From the NCBI GenBank assembly GCA_963785235.1, contig CAWAUM010000011.1:32001-96000 (forward strand): a DNA stretch of 64,000 nt. Direction: 5' to 3'. This DNA is from an uncultured delta proteobacterium. GTDB taxonomy: Bacteria > Desulfobacterota > Desulfomonilia > UBA1062. Within the stretch, counting starts at the first letter, position 1. Every line of letters starts with the position of its first letter. Below, in pieces: positions 50,271 to 60,112 of the stretch. The notes beneath the pieces are model-generated. The model ran no database searches. It was not told the DNA's origin and worked only from the letters and a program-made list of their open reading frames with translations. A program made the translations under genes and the position numbers.

Positions 50271-51047
50271 ATGGCATCTATTGAGGAATTGTTGAAAGAT
50301 AAGGGCATTATCCGGCCCAAGGCATTGCGCCGCAGTGATAACCGGGCTCTCGACGAGATCAGGCAGGCAAAGATAACCAGGGGCTATTGCAAACATGCAA
50401 TGGGTTCGTGTCTCATCGAGATCGGTGACACCAAGGTGATATGCGCTGCCAGTGTAGAGAACAAGGTCCCTCCGCACCTGAAAAATTCCGGGTCTGGCTG
50501 GGTTACGGCCGAATACGGGATGCTTCCGGCATCCACGAATGTAAGGACCATACGGGAGTCCTCAAGGGGGAGGACCAAAGGAAGGACCCATGAGATCCAG
50601 CGGCTCATCGGGCGCTCGCTCAGGGCCGCGACATCGCTTACCGACCTCGGTGAACGGACGATCTGGATCGACTGCGATGTGCTCCAGGCAGACGGAGGTA
50701 CCCGCACCGCAGCCATCACCGGCTCATATGTTGCGCTCCATGAAGCCATCAAGTCCATGCTCTCCCATCAGCTCATAGTAAAGAACCCGCTGCTGGAACA
50801 GGTTGCCGCGATATCGGTGGGCATTATCGACGATCAGCTGTTTCTCGATCTGTGCTACGAGGAAGACTCGAGCGCGGCTGTAGACATGAACGTGGTCATG
50901 ACCAAGACCGGCAAGATCATAGAGGTGCAGGGAACAGCCGAAAAGGCCCCTTTCACGATGGAGCAGATGATGATGCTCATGCATCTCGCCAAGAAGGGGA
51001 TCGATGAGCTTATACTGAAGCAGGCCCAAGTCCTCGGTATTCCATGA
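50271..51047 (+). CDS. rph: Ribonuclease PH
   Basis: [47 protein letters not shown]. Confidence 0.97.
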   Translation: MASIEELLKDKGIIRPKALRRSDNRALDEIRQAKITRGYCKHAMGSCLIEIGDTKVICAASVENKVPPHLKNSGSGWVTAEYGMLPASTNVRTIRESSRGRTKGRTHEIQRLIGRSLRAATSLTDLGERTIWIDCDVLQADGGTRTAAITGSYVALHEAIKSMLSHQLIVKNPLLEQVAAISVGIIDDQLFLDLCYEEDSSAAVDMNVVMTKTGKIIEVQGTAEKAPFTMEQMMMLMHLAKKGIDELILKQAQVLGIP

Positions 51048-51643
51048 AGGTCCTGGCGGCCACCTCCAACAGGGGAAAGATCAGCGAAATCTCCCAGATC
51101 CTTTCCGGCACGGGCATAAGCATTCTTACCCCGCAGGAGACTGGCCTGAGTCTTGATGTTGAGGAAAACGGCGACACCTTTGAGGCCAATGCACTCATAA
51201 AGGCTCGTGCCTGGCGCATAGCAAGCGGATATCCGACCCTGGCAGACGATTCGGGCCTGTGCGTGGATGCCCTTGCCGGCAGGCCCGGTGTCCATACAGC
51301 CAGGTTCGCAGGTGATAACGCCACCGATCAGGAAAATTACGAACTGCTGCTCAAGCTCATGGAAGGGGTCACGGACAGGAAGGCCCATTTCATGTGTGTT
51401 GTTGCCCTTGCCATCTCCGATGACAAGGTGATTACCGCAACGGGACGGTGCGACGGTGTCATTTTACATGGGCCCATGGGTGAGGACGGGTTCGGCTATG
51501 ACCCGGTATTTTTTGATCTTCAGACCGGAAAGAGCTTTGCCCAGCTTACGGACAACGAAAAAAATGCGCGCAGCCACAGGGGCCGGGCCCTCATATCCTT
51601 GAAGCAGAAGCTTGAAGAGCAGGGGCTCATAGGGCATAGGTGA
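51044..51643 (+). CDS. rdgB: Non-canonical purine NTP pyrophosphatase
   Basis: [29 protein letters not shown]; ATGA overlap with rph. Confidence 0.95.
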   Translation: MKVLAATSNRGKISEISQILSGTGISILTPQETGLSLDVEENGDTFEANALIKARAWRIASGYPTLADDSGLCVDALAGRPGVHTARFAGDNATDQENYELLLKLMEGVTDRKAHFMCVVALAISDDKVITATGRCDGVILHGPMGEDGFGYDPVFFDLQTGKSFAQLTDNEKNARSHRGRALISLKQKLEEQGLIGHR

Positions 51644-51737
51644 GGCGCTGTTTCGGGGCTTATCTTTATTCCATTCTGCATTAAAGTGAGCCTTCGTATC
51701 TTCTTAGAACATTTTGTCTGTTGATAAAAAAACCTGA

Positions 51738-51806
51738 CCTGTTAAAAACATGCGTCTCGCCCTGCCGGCATAATTTCTCCGGAGCGAGACGCATGTTTTT
51801 AACAGG
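51738..51806. repeat. 23-bp perfect palindrome, unit 1
   Basis: CCTGTTAAAAACATGCGTCTCGC-N23-GCGAGACGCATGTTTTTAACAGG. Confidence 0.85.
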
Positions 51807-51853
51807 CTATGTTTTTATCCGGATTTTGCGTTTATGATGGGTGAAAACCTTTT

Positions 51854-51939
51854 ACCGTTCAAAACATCAATCTCGCAGCCTTTGTGGAGTGCTGATTTTA
51901 TCGGTTCTTCTAGGCTGCGGAATTGATGTTTTGAACGGT
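51854..51939. repeat. 28-bp near-perfect palindrome, unit 2
   Basis: ACCGTTCAAAACATCAATCTCGCAGCCT-N30-AGGCTGCGGAATTGATGTTTTGAACGGT. Confidence 0.85.
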
Positions 51940-52077
51940 CCGATTAAAAAACAATTCCATGGTTTTCTGAAGTGGTTGGCTTAAAGAAAATTAGGGGGTA
52001 TACACGGGTCTCCTCGTGCACATGTCTCCATGTTGTAGTAAGATGAGTATTCTTCTGCGGAAAGGAGGCCTTTTGCA

Positions 52078-52479
52078 ATGCCCTACGAGCTCATCGACCA
52101 TACTGCGGATATGGGTTTGCGGGTGAGTGCACCCAGCACGGAAGGCCTGTTCGAAGAGGCTGCCTATGCCCTTGCCGACATCATGGGCGGACGCAGCGAT
52201 GAAGGCAGGGAAGAGGTTATGGTGGAGTCGCAGGGTATCGACCTGGTGGACCTGTTCGTGAGGTGGCTCCAGGAGATACTCTATCTCATTGAGGTGAAGG
52301 GTTTCAGGCTCAGGGCTGCAACCATTCAGAGTTTGACCGGGACTCTGGCTAGGGGTGTCATTCAAGGGGCATATACCGATAGTCCGCTCACAACCGAGAT
52401 CAAGGCCGTCACCTATCATAACCTCGATATCACCCATAGTGACAATGACTTCACCGTAACCATAATTCTCGATAGGTAA
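52078..52479 (+). CDS. Archease
   Basis: YELIDHTAD and EIKAVTYH motifs; AGGAGG RBS; directly upstream of rtcB. Confidence 0.93.
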   Translation: MPYELIDHTADMGLRVSAPSTEGLFEEAAYALADIMGGRSDEGREEVMVESQGIDLVDLFVRWLQEILYLIEVKGFRLRAATIQSLTGTLARGVIQGAYTDSPLTTEIKAVTYHNLDITHSDNDFTVTIILDR

Positions 52480-52493
52480 AGGGGGACAAGTAT

Positions 52494-53936
52494 ATGACCA
52501 CCCTGAAAACAAGACGCATCGATCCCTTTCGTATCGAGATAGAAAGATCAGGGGCCATGCGGACAACCGGCCTTGTTTATGCGAACCACGCCATCGAGCG
52601 AACACTCGAACACGATGAGGTGCTGCAGCAGGTGGCAAATGTAGCCATGCTGCCCGGCATCATCGGGCCTTCGCTGGCCATGCCGGACATTCATGTGGGC
52701 TATGGGTTCCCCATAGGCGGCGTAGCCGCATTCTCAAAAGATGATGGCATCATCTCGCCCGGCGGTGTTGGCTATGACATAAACTGCGGTGTGTGCTGCA
52801 TGCTCACCGGCCTGAGGATCGATCAGGTGAGACCCAGGCAGGAAAAGCTGCTGGCCTCACTGTTCAGCAAAGTACCCTCGGGTGTGGGGTCGAGCAACAA
52901 GGGCATGGCCGTGGGCAGCAAGGAGTTCAGGCAGGTGCTCGAAAAGGGTGCGCTCTGGGCAGCCAAGAAGGGCTACGTCCCCCAAGAAGACCTTGATGCC
53001 CACGAGGATGGAGGCTGCATGGAGGGGGCAAACCCTGATGCCGTATCAGGAAGGGCCATGGAACGTGGCCAGCCCCAGATGGGCACCCTGGGCTCGGGCA
53101 ATCATTTCCTGGAGCTTGATGTGGTCGATCTCATCATCGACAGCGAAAAGGCAAAACACTTCGGGCTTTTTGAAGGCCAGGTGGTTGTCCAGGTGCACAC
53201 GGGCTCGCGCGGCCTTGGTCACCAGGTCTGTGACGATTATGTGCATGATATGGTTGCAGCATCCTCGCGCCATGGAATCAGCCTGCCGGACAGACAGCTT
53301 GCCTGCGCCCCGGTCATGAGCAAGGAAGGCAGGGCCTATTTCGGGGCAATGGCCTGTGCCGCCAACTTTGCCTTTGCCAACCGGGCGATCATCACCTTTC
53401 TCATCCGGGGAACCTTTGAGCAGGTCTTTGGGGGCTCCTTTGAAAGGCTGGGCATGCATCTGCTGTATGACTGCTGCCACAACATCGCCAAGATGGAGCG
53501 TGTCATGTGGAAGGGATCGGCCACAGAGGTATGCATCCACCGCAAAGGCGCTACCCGGTCGTTGCCGCCTGGCGACAAGAGGCTGCCGCAGCGCTTCAGG
53601 AAGACAGGCCAGCCGGTGCTTGTGCCCGGCGATATGGGCAGGATGTCATTTATCCTTGCAGGGGCGATAGGGTCGTCCGAGACATTTTTCAGCGCCTGCC
53701 ACGGGGCGGGAAGACTCCTGTCCCGGCATGAGGCGAAAAAGCGTTCAAAGGGGAGACAGATCCTTGAAGAACTGCTCAGGAAGGACATCCATGCCATGGC
53801 TGCCTCCCGGGCAACACTGGCTGAAGAAATCCCGGAGGCCTACAAGGATGTATCGGACGTTGTAGACACCATTACCGGGGCCGGCATTGCCACGGCAGTG
53901 GCCAGGCTCAAACCCTTTGCCCTGGTCAAGGGGTAG
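52494..53936 (+). CDS. rtcB: RNA-splicing ligase RtcB (archaeal/eukaryotic-like long type)
   Basis: MPDIHVGYGFPIGG, GYDINCG, GNHF, HTGSRG, HRKGAT, HGAGR, EEIPEAYK. Confidence 0.96.
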   Translation: MTTLKTRRIDPFRIEIERSGAMRTTGLVYANHAIERTLEHDEVLQQVANVAMLPGIIGPSLAMPDIHVGYGFPIGGVAAFSKDDGIISPGGVGYDINCGVCCMLTGLRIDQVRPRQEKLLASLFSKVPSGVGSSNKGMAVGSKEFRQVLEKGALWAAKKGYVPQEDLDAHEDGGCMEGANPDAVSGRAMERGQPQMGTLGSGNHFLELDVVDLIIDSEKAKHFGLFEGQVVVQVHTGSRGLGHQVCDDYVHDMVAASSRHGISLPDRQLACAPVMSKEGRAYFGAMACAANFAFANRAIITFLIRGTFEQVFGGSFERLGMHLLYDCCHNIAKMERVMWKGSATEVCIHRKGATRSLPPGDKRLPQRFRKTGQPVLVPGDMGRMSFILAGAIGSSETFFSACHGAGRLLSRHEAKKRSKGRQILEELLRKDIHAMAASRATLAEEIPEAYKDVSDVVDTITGAGIATAVARLKPFALVKG

Positions 53937-53943
53937 ATCAGGC

Positions 53944-54594
53944 TTAGGCTGGTTTCGCCGGTTCTGTTGCTGTTGCTGTTGCTGCTGCAGCGGCCTCTTC
54001 TTCGGTTACAGGAGCGGCCTCTGCGGCGCGGGTGGTTACAAGTGACGCAATAACCTTTTTCTCGCTCACGCCATGTCCAAGGGCCACGCCCTCGGGAAGC
54101 TTCAGGTCAGAGGCATGGATGACATTGTGCTTGTCAATGATACCTGAGATATCCACCACGATCTCCGATGGGATATCCGCAGGGGAACACTTGAGGTGGA
54201 TGGAAGTTTCTTCGTGGGTAATCTTGCCCTTGCCCTCTTTTTCGCCGGGAGAGACGCCTACGAAAACCAGCGGTACATTCACCGTGACCTGCCTGTTGGC
54301 CTCGACCTTCAGAAATTCCACATGGAGGGCCTCACCCCTGAGCTTATTCCTATGGACCGCATGGATGAGCACCTGGATGGTCTTGCCGCCAAGCTGAAGA
54401 TTTACCAGCGATGTCCCATGGGCCTTTTTGTAGAGCTGCTCGAACGGCCGTTCACCAACCTGGACATGAATGGGCTCGAAATCCTTCCCGTGAATGATGC
54501 CGGGTATGACGCCTTCTCTGCGAAGCTTGCTTACCTTCTTCTTTCTCAATACACGCTCGCTGATTTCAAGGTTAAGCTCTTGTTTTGCCGTCAT
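53944..54594 (-). CDS. rplY: 50S ribosomal protein L25/CTC
   Basis: LRREGVIPGIIHG, HVEFLKV, VNVPLVFVG, IPSEIVVDIS; Ala/Thr-rich tail. Confidence 0.9.
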   Translation of the reverse strand: MTAKQELNLEISERVLRKKKVSKLRREGVIPGIIHGKDFEPIHVQVGERPFEQLYKKAHGTSLVNLQLGGKTIQVLIHAVHRNKLRGEALHVEFLKVEANRQVTVNVPLVFVGVSPGEKEGKGKITHEETSIHLKCSPADIPSEIVVDISGIIDKHNVIHASDLKLPEGVALGHGVSEKKVIASLVTTRAAEAAPVTEEEAAAAATATATEPAKPA

Positions 54595-54741
54595 ACAATC
54601 TCCTCCGCTATTTAAAATAGAGACTCTCTATACTGGGAAGCCTAGGATTAAGTCAATGGGGAAGTCCATAGCACAGAAAATGTGCAGGGGTAAACCGTTT
54701 GAGAAAACCTTCTTAATACCCCTGCAACGCTGATTGTCCCC

Positions 54742-54769
54742 TTGACATCAATTCTCCTTTGGGCATAAT
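54742..54769 (+). promoter_or_regulatory. sigma70 promoter of greA
   Basis: TTGACA-N16-CATAAT. Confidence 0.6.
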
Positions 54770-54781
54770 GGTTCCTCCATG

Positions 54782-54818
54782 ATACTGGTAGTTTCACTAC
54801 CGGTATTTTTCATTTTTT
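54782..54818 (+). terminator. Terminator-like hairpin within the greA leader (candidate attenuator)
   Basis: ATACTGGTAG-TTTCA-CTACCGGTAT followed by TTTTCATTTTTT. Confidence 0.65.
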
Positions 54819-54832
54819 AAGAAGGACCTGCT

Positions 54833-55306
54833 ATGAAACGTAGTCCCATAACGAAAGAAGGCTATGCAGCGCTCAGGGAAGAGCTTGCGCGGTTGAAAAA
54901 ACACGAGCGGCCGAAGATCATCGCTGCCATCGAAGAGGCCAGGGGGCATGGGGATCTATCGGAGAATGCAGAATATAAATATGCCAAGGAGCGGCAGGCC
55001 TTAATCGAGGTCCGGATGCAGGATCTGGAAAACAAGCTGGGCAATGCAGAGATAATCGACACCACCAAGCTGCCTGCAGACCGTATTGTTTTCGGGTCCA
55101 AGTTCATGCTGAGCAATATTGATACGGACGAAGAGTTCTGTTACCAGATCGTGGGTGTGGACGAGTCCGACCTCAACAAGGGTAAGATATCCGTGGAGTC
55201 ACCCATGGCCAAGGCCCTTATCGGTAAGAGGATTTCAGACGAGATCATTGTAGACACCCCGAACGGCAAGCGGGAATTCGAGATACTCGATATCATCAGT
55301 GTTTAA
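54833..55306 (+). CDS. greA: Transcription elongation factor GreA
   Basis: HGDLSENAEYKYAKE, ISVESPMAKALIGK. Confidence 0.96.
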   Translation: MKRSPITKEGYAALREELARLKKHERPKIIAAIEEARGHGDLSENAEYKYAKERQALIEVRMQDLENKLGNAEIIDTTKLPADRIVFGSKFMLSNIDTDEEFCYQIVGVDESDLNKGKISVESPMAKALIGKRISDEIIVDTPNGKREFEILDIISV

Positions 55307-55402
55307 AAAGCAGGCAGAACATCTTCGGCTTCATTCACCCCCTTGCCGAAATAATAAAAAGCATGGTTATCTATTTGAGTATGGTCACCGATCTATATTA
55401 AG

Positions 55403-56776
55403 ATGCGCAACATGAAGAAACAGCTCATTACGACCCTCTTGTGTTCTTTCTTTCTCATAGGTGCAATCAGCCAGTCAGCGACTACCTATACGGTCCAAAG
55501 CGGGGATACCCTCTCCAGGATCGCTGCCAGGTACATGCCGTATACCGCTGCCTATACGAAGAAGGAGCTTATAAACAACATCAAGGAGATCAACAAGATC
55601 GACGGCTCCCTCTCGCTGGGACAAACACTGAGCATACCCGTTGTCTGGGACCAGCCGCTTAAACCAAAGACCATAGCGAAACCCAAGATCTTCGCAGCCA
55701 AGGGCCTCTATATGAATACGTCCTCGGCAGGAACACGGATCATCCTTGATTCTGCTGCCAAGCTCAAGAAGTTTGGCGGGAACACACTTGTTTTCGACGC
55801 CAAGGATGATTTGGGCGCCATCACCTTTCCCAGTTCCTTACGGGCGAAGTATTGCCCCGCAGAGAAGTATACACCCAACATCGAAGAGCTGCCCAAGATG
55901 ATAGAATACCTGCATCGCGCCGGAGTACATGTGGTGGCGCGGGTGGTGATGTTCAGAGATCCGATCATGTCGCGGGTTCAGCCCGGCTGGTGTATGAACA
56001 AGGAAAAGCAATGGCTTGACCCTGCAAACCCGGAGGTGCAGGAATATCTCCTGAGCGTGGTAAAGGAACTCTCAGGCAGCGGCGTGGATGAGATCCAGCT
56101 GGATTATTTCCGCTATTTTGCAGATGGAAAGACCACGACGGGCAGGGAAGGTGTCCAGCGGACGGATGTAATAGCAGGTTTCCTGAAGAAAGTGCACGAC
56201 GTTACTGAGCCGAAGGGCATTCTTTTATCCCTGGACATGTTCGGGATCGTGATCTGGCAGAAGGATGAGGATGTGCTTGTGGTAGGCCAGGATGTGACAA
56301 AGATGAAGCCATATGTGGACATCATCTCGCCCATGCTCTACCCCTCGCATTTCAGCTCCGGTTTCGCAGGGGTGAAGAACCCTGCCGATGATCCCTACCG
56401 CTTTATATTCAGCGGGGTAAAAAGGATGAAGGAACTCGTAGGCGATGAGGTGGTAATCCGCCCATGGCTCCAGTCATTTCCGCTGCGTGTGACAAAGGGG
56501 TTCGGCCCGAAATACATCCAGGCCCAGATCATTGCATCCAATGATGCCGGGGGTACGGGATGGCTGCTGTGGAGCCCGGGCAATCACTACACCGACTCCT
56601 ATGTGGCCATGCAGAATATCCCGAAGCCCAAGCCCGGGGCTCATAATGCAGGCGCTGGAATAAAGAGAAAGGAAATCAGAGAGCCGGCTCCTGCAAAGAA
56701 TTCCCTGCCATCAGGCCAGCCGGTCGGGGTGATCCAGCAGCCTGCAACAGGGCCTAGGCCAGGTGCCAAGAGCTGA
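55403..56776 (+). CDS. Secreted LysM + putative glycoside hydrolase (DUF4015-like)
   Basis: Signal peptide; YTVQSGDTLSRIA; AKGLY, DEIQLDYFR, SPMLYPSH, RPWLQ. Confidence 0.8.
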   Translation: MRNMKKQLITTLLCSFFLIGAISQSATTYTVQSGDTLSRIAARYMPYTAAYTKKELINNIKEINKIDGSLSLGQTLSIPVVWDQPLKPKTIAKPKIFAAKGLYMNTSSAGTRIILDSAAKLKKFGGNTLVFDAKDDLGAITFPSSLRAKYCPAEKYTPNIEELPKMIEYLHRAGVHVVARVVMFRDPIMSRVQPGWCMNKEKQWLDPANPEVQEYLLSVVKELSGSGVDEIQLDYFRYFADGKTTTGREGVQRTDVIAGFLKKVHDVTEPKGILLSLDMFGIVIWQKDEDVLVVGQDVTKMKPYVDIISPMLYPSHFSSGFAGVKNPADDPYRFIFSGVKRMKELVGDEVVIRPWLQSFPLRVTKGFGPKYIQAQIIASNDAGGTGWLLWSPGNHYTDSYVAMQNIPKPKPGAHNAGAGIKRKEIREPAPAKNSLPSGQPVGVIQQPATGPRPGAKS

Positions 56777-56845
56777 CCTGAGGGATATCAACAAAGATTT
56801 CGCGCTTAAGAAGTGTAAAAACTTTTCCCGTTGAAGAATCAGGCT

Positions 56846-58147
56846 TCAAGGTTCGTCGATCAGCAGCTCTTCTTTTTCTGCTTCACCGATACCCAACACG
56901 GTGATGGACTCAGCCTCCGGCAGCTGTTCCACATCGCGGAGTTTCCTCGCCATTGCCTTAGTCCGGATCTCGGTGAGTTCAATGGTTTGAGACGCCGTGT
57001 TCAACTGTTTCTTGACCTTTGAAAGGACATCTCCGAATTTAGAGAATTCGGTCTTTACCGCTGCAAGTATAGACCATACCTCGTGTGAGCGTTTTGCCAG
57101 GGCCAGGGTCTGGAAACCCATGCGCAGGCTGCTGAGGATCGCAGCCAAAGTAGTGGGGCCTGCAATGACAACACGGTATTTGCTCTGCATCTCTTCAACC
57201 TGGCCGGGCTGGCGGAGGACCTCGGCATAAAGGCCTTCAGTGGGGAGGAACATAATGGCGAAATCCGTGGTCCTGGGCGGATCAATATACTTGCTGCTTA
57301 TATCCCTGGCAGAAGCCTGGACGGCCCTCAGCAAATTGGCTGTTGCCTTTTGGACGGCCTCGGTATCGGCAATATCCGCAGCTTCCACAAGGCGTATATA
57401 GTCCTCCTGGGGAAACTTTGAGTCTATGGGCAGCCAGACATGGGATTCGGCGCTGTCGTCTGTTCCGGGCAGGCGGATGGCATATTCGATAATTTCACGG
57501 GAGTATTCTTTTACCTGCACATTTTTTGCGTATTGTTCAGGGGTGAGTATCTGCTCAAGCAGCGCGCCGAGTTGAACCTCGGCCCAGGTGCCCCGCACCT
57601 TGACATTGGTAAGGACCCGCTTCAGGTCTCCGACCCCGGTTGCAAGGTTCTGCATTTCTCCAAGGCCGCGCTGGACCGCTTCAAGGCGGTCGCTCACCAG
57701 CTTGAACGACTCACCCAATCGCTTTTCAAGTGTGTTGTGCAGCTTCTCGTCAACGGTCTGCCGCATTTGATCAAGCCTTTTTTCATTGCTTTCCTGTATA
57801 CTTTTAAGCTGGTTCTCAATGATGCCGCGGACACTCTCCATACGTGCTTCATTCGACTCTGTTAATTCCTTGATCCGTTTGGCAACCAGTTCCTGATTTT
57901 CATTTTGCGATCTTCCCATTTCACAAATAGTATTCACCAACGTTTCCGAATAGGTCTTCTGAACCATGGACATCTCTTCACGCAGCTCTCGTGAAGCCTT
58001 AGCCGTGTCTTCTCTTACAATACGAAATTCATCACGCAGCGCCTGATCAAGCTGACCTGTCTGGGTTGCCGATTTTCTTGTAATGAAGATCAGGACAACA
58101 AATCCCACTGATAAAACAATCAGTATAAAGAGAAGAACCGTTTCCAT
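56846..58147 (-). CDS. rmuC: DNA recombination protein RmuC
   Basis: N-terminal TM and coiled coil; RGTWAEVQL, PIDSKFP, TDFAIMFLPTEGLY. Confidence 0.93.
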   Translation of the reverse strand: METVLLFILIVLSVGFVVLIFITRKSATQTGQLDQALRDEFRIVREDTAKASRELREEMSMVQKTYSETLVNTICEMGRSQNENQELVAKRIKELTESNEARMESVRGIIENQLKSIQESNEKRLDQMRQTVDEKLHNTLEKRLGESFKLVSDRLEAVQRGLGEMQNLATGVGDLKRVLTNVKVRGTWAEVQLGALLEQILTPEQYAKNVQVKEYSREIIEYAIRLPGTDDSAESHVWLPIDSKFPQEDYIRLVEAADIADTEAVQKATANLLRAVQASARDISSKYIDPPRTTDFAIMFLPTEGLYAEVLRQPGQVEEMQSKYRVVIAGPTTLAAILSSLRMGFQTLALAKRSHEVWSILAAVKTEFSKFGDVLSKVKKQLNTASQTIELTEIRTKAMARKLRDVEQLPEAESITVLGIGEAEKEELLIDEP

Positions 58148-58372
58148 GAAAAAGCTCCTTTATTGAGTCTTGTAAACTCATGCTGGAACATGTGCCCGGG
58201 TTTTACTCATGCAATCTCACTCATGAACACGATCATTTTATTTTGGCCCGTCTTCCGGGATAGGTAATCTATTGGAGCACATTAGCGGACTAGTATTCAA
58301 GGTTGAAATTGAAGGGATGTATTCACAAGATGCAAGGCCTTTGTTGAAGCCTGGGTTATCCCGACTGATGAT

Positions 58373-59872
58373 TCAAGTCTCCTCGCACAGCGATCTGATC
58401 CCGTCCAGCACCACCCGGGTTGCCGTGCAGTCGTCCTCATTGTACTCCAATATGCGCTGCCTGATAGCGGGATCGCCTGTCTCAATCCACCGGTGGTACC
58501 ATTCAATGGAATCCGCCCCGGAAGGGCTCTGGTCCCTCCACCCAAAGCCCAGAAAGGTCGCCAGGGTCTTTATGGAATGATCCATGGTGGGCCAATGCGT
58601 GCAGGGGACAACAACCCCGTAATACAGATCAACTGCAATACTCGGATCAAACATCTCCTTTATCTGCTGTTCGCTTGCTATGTCCGGGTATCTTTTTTGA
58701 AGCCTTCTCCACCATGTATGTTCGTACCTTGAATAGAAGAACAGGGTGCAGGGGAATGACGAGCGCACATATTCCCAGGCTGATGCAAAGGCCCGCCTCT
58801 CTCCATCCTGGTCAGGGGTTTCTGCAAGGAATGCCATATACCGCTCGGTGGATCTGTCCCGCCCGGTCCGCTCTACAAATCCGTGGAGGTAGCAGATGTC
58901 ACGCATGGGGTCTGTCTCGATATCAAAGAACAGCTCCTTGTCGCGCTCCGGAAGATGAGGTCGTTTCTTTATGACGGGGCGTGCCTGTACATCGGCTATA
59001 AGGCATGCCCTTGTATGGAATTTTTTCAATGTGCTCGCGTTGATACCTTCGAATACCGTCTTTTTGCCGCTCATGAGCGTGGCAGGGTCTGTGAGGGCAA
59101 ACTGCCTGACGCTTTTAATCCGTGGATACATTGCATCGCGCCTTTTTCTCCCCAGCTCCGGGATGAGGGTGAGGTCATCGAGTGTGCGCAACTGCTGCTT
59201 GCACAATGAGTTCCAATGGCAGAGCTTGCAGGTGCCGCTGCTGTATGCCGGCAATGTCGTTTCCTTCAGGCTCACTATGCGCCGGGCCTGCTCCAGAGAG
59301 TCCCGGTACAGCTTCCAGAGGGTATCCCCTGTTCCAGGGCCTGTTTGAATATCCAGGTCATAGTATATCTTCCGGCCATGGATATCCCATATGAACGGAT
59401 GCCTGCCGGCAGAGACCCCCATCCTTTCCAGTATGTCGGTATACAGGCTGAGCTGGAGGGCGTAGTGCTTTTTCGGCCTCCGGCCAGGCTGATCCCCGGA
59501 GCCATCCTTTAATCCTGAGCCGCTCTTGATATCGCCCGCCGCATAGCCCGTTTCCATTCGCAGCAGAAGGTCCGGCTCTCCAAGGAGATCGCAAAAGCGT
59601 ATACGGCCCCCATAGATCAGGCCGTCCCCCCTTGTCATGGCCTGACAGGTAAGTTGCTCGCGAACATCATCTTCCAAGACGCTGAAATCGGAAAAGGGAA
59701 TCCGGAGACCGTCTATCACCTCTTTCTCATAGGCAGTGCCTTTTTCCCACAGCAGCTGAACGAACCTGCTTTCCGGGTCTCTCTTTGCCTGGTCCTCATG
59801 GACATCGAGGAACAACCGGTGCGGGCATTGGGCCAGATTGTAGAGCATCGATGCAGTGATCGGACGACTCAT
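58373..59872 (-). CDS. TM0106 family RecB-like putative nuclease
   Basis: GEPDLL..GDIKS, YALQLSLY, FFDIETD, YNEDDC. Confidence 0.85.
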   Translation of the reverse strand: MSRPITASMLYNLAQCPHRLFLDVHEDQAKRDPESRFVQLLWEKGTAYEKEVIDGLRIPFSDFSVLEDDVREQLTCQAMTRGDGLIYGGRIRFCDLLGEPDLLLRMETGYAAGDIKSGSGLKDGSGDQPGRRPKKHYALQLSLYTDILERMGVSAGRHPFIWDIHGRKIYYDLDIQTGPGTGDTLWKLYRDSLEQARRIVSLKETTLPAYSSGTCKLCHWNSLCKQQLRTLDDLTLIPELGRKRRDAMYPRIKSVRQFALTDPATLMSGKKTVFEGINASTLKKFHTRACLIADVQARPVIKKRPHLPERDKELFFDIETDPMRDICYLHGFVERTGRDRSTERYMAFLAETPDQDGERRAFASAWEYVRSSFPCTLFFYSRYEHTWWRRLQKRYPDIASEQQIKEMFDPSIAVDLYYGVVVPCTHWPTMDHSIKTLATFLGFGWRDQSPSGADSIEWYHRWIETGDPAIRQRILEYNEDDCTATRVVLDGIRSLCEET

Positions 59873-60112
59873 CAGTTAATCTCCAAAAATGATAACAGGT
59901 TATTAACACAAAATAATTAAAAAATGACAAGGGATTGTAATGAAAAGAAACTCAGCGAAACGTTACTATCAGAAAACACAAACTTCATTTTGTATTGTTT
60001 TGGCCTGTTTTATGAGAGTTTTCATCTATACAGGGTGGCTGCATTTGTGTAAAACACTAGATAAGTGGGAGTTATGCAGTTCCAAACATACCTGAATGGA
60101 GGGATGGTTCTG

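Noticed and set aside
51644-51720. tRNA gene after rdgB
   Set aside because: CGGGGC start only; no D-arm, no GTTCRA T-loop and no acceptor-stem pairing
53960-53995. GTTGCT/GCT short tandem repeat
   Set aside because: Encodes the Ala/Thr low-complexity tail of L25; in frame and ordinary
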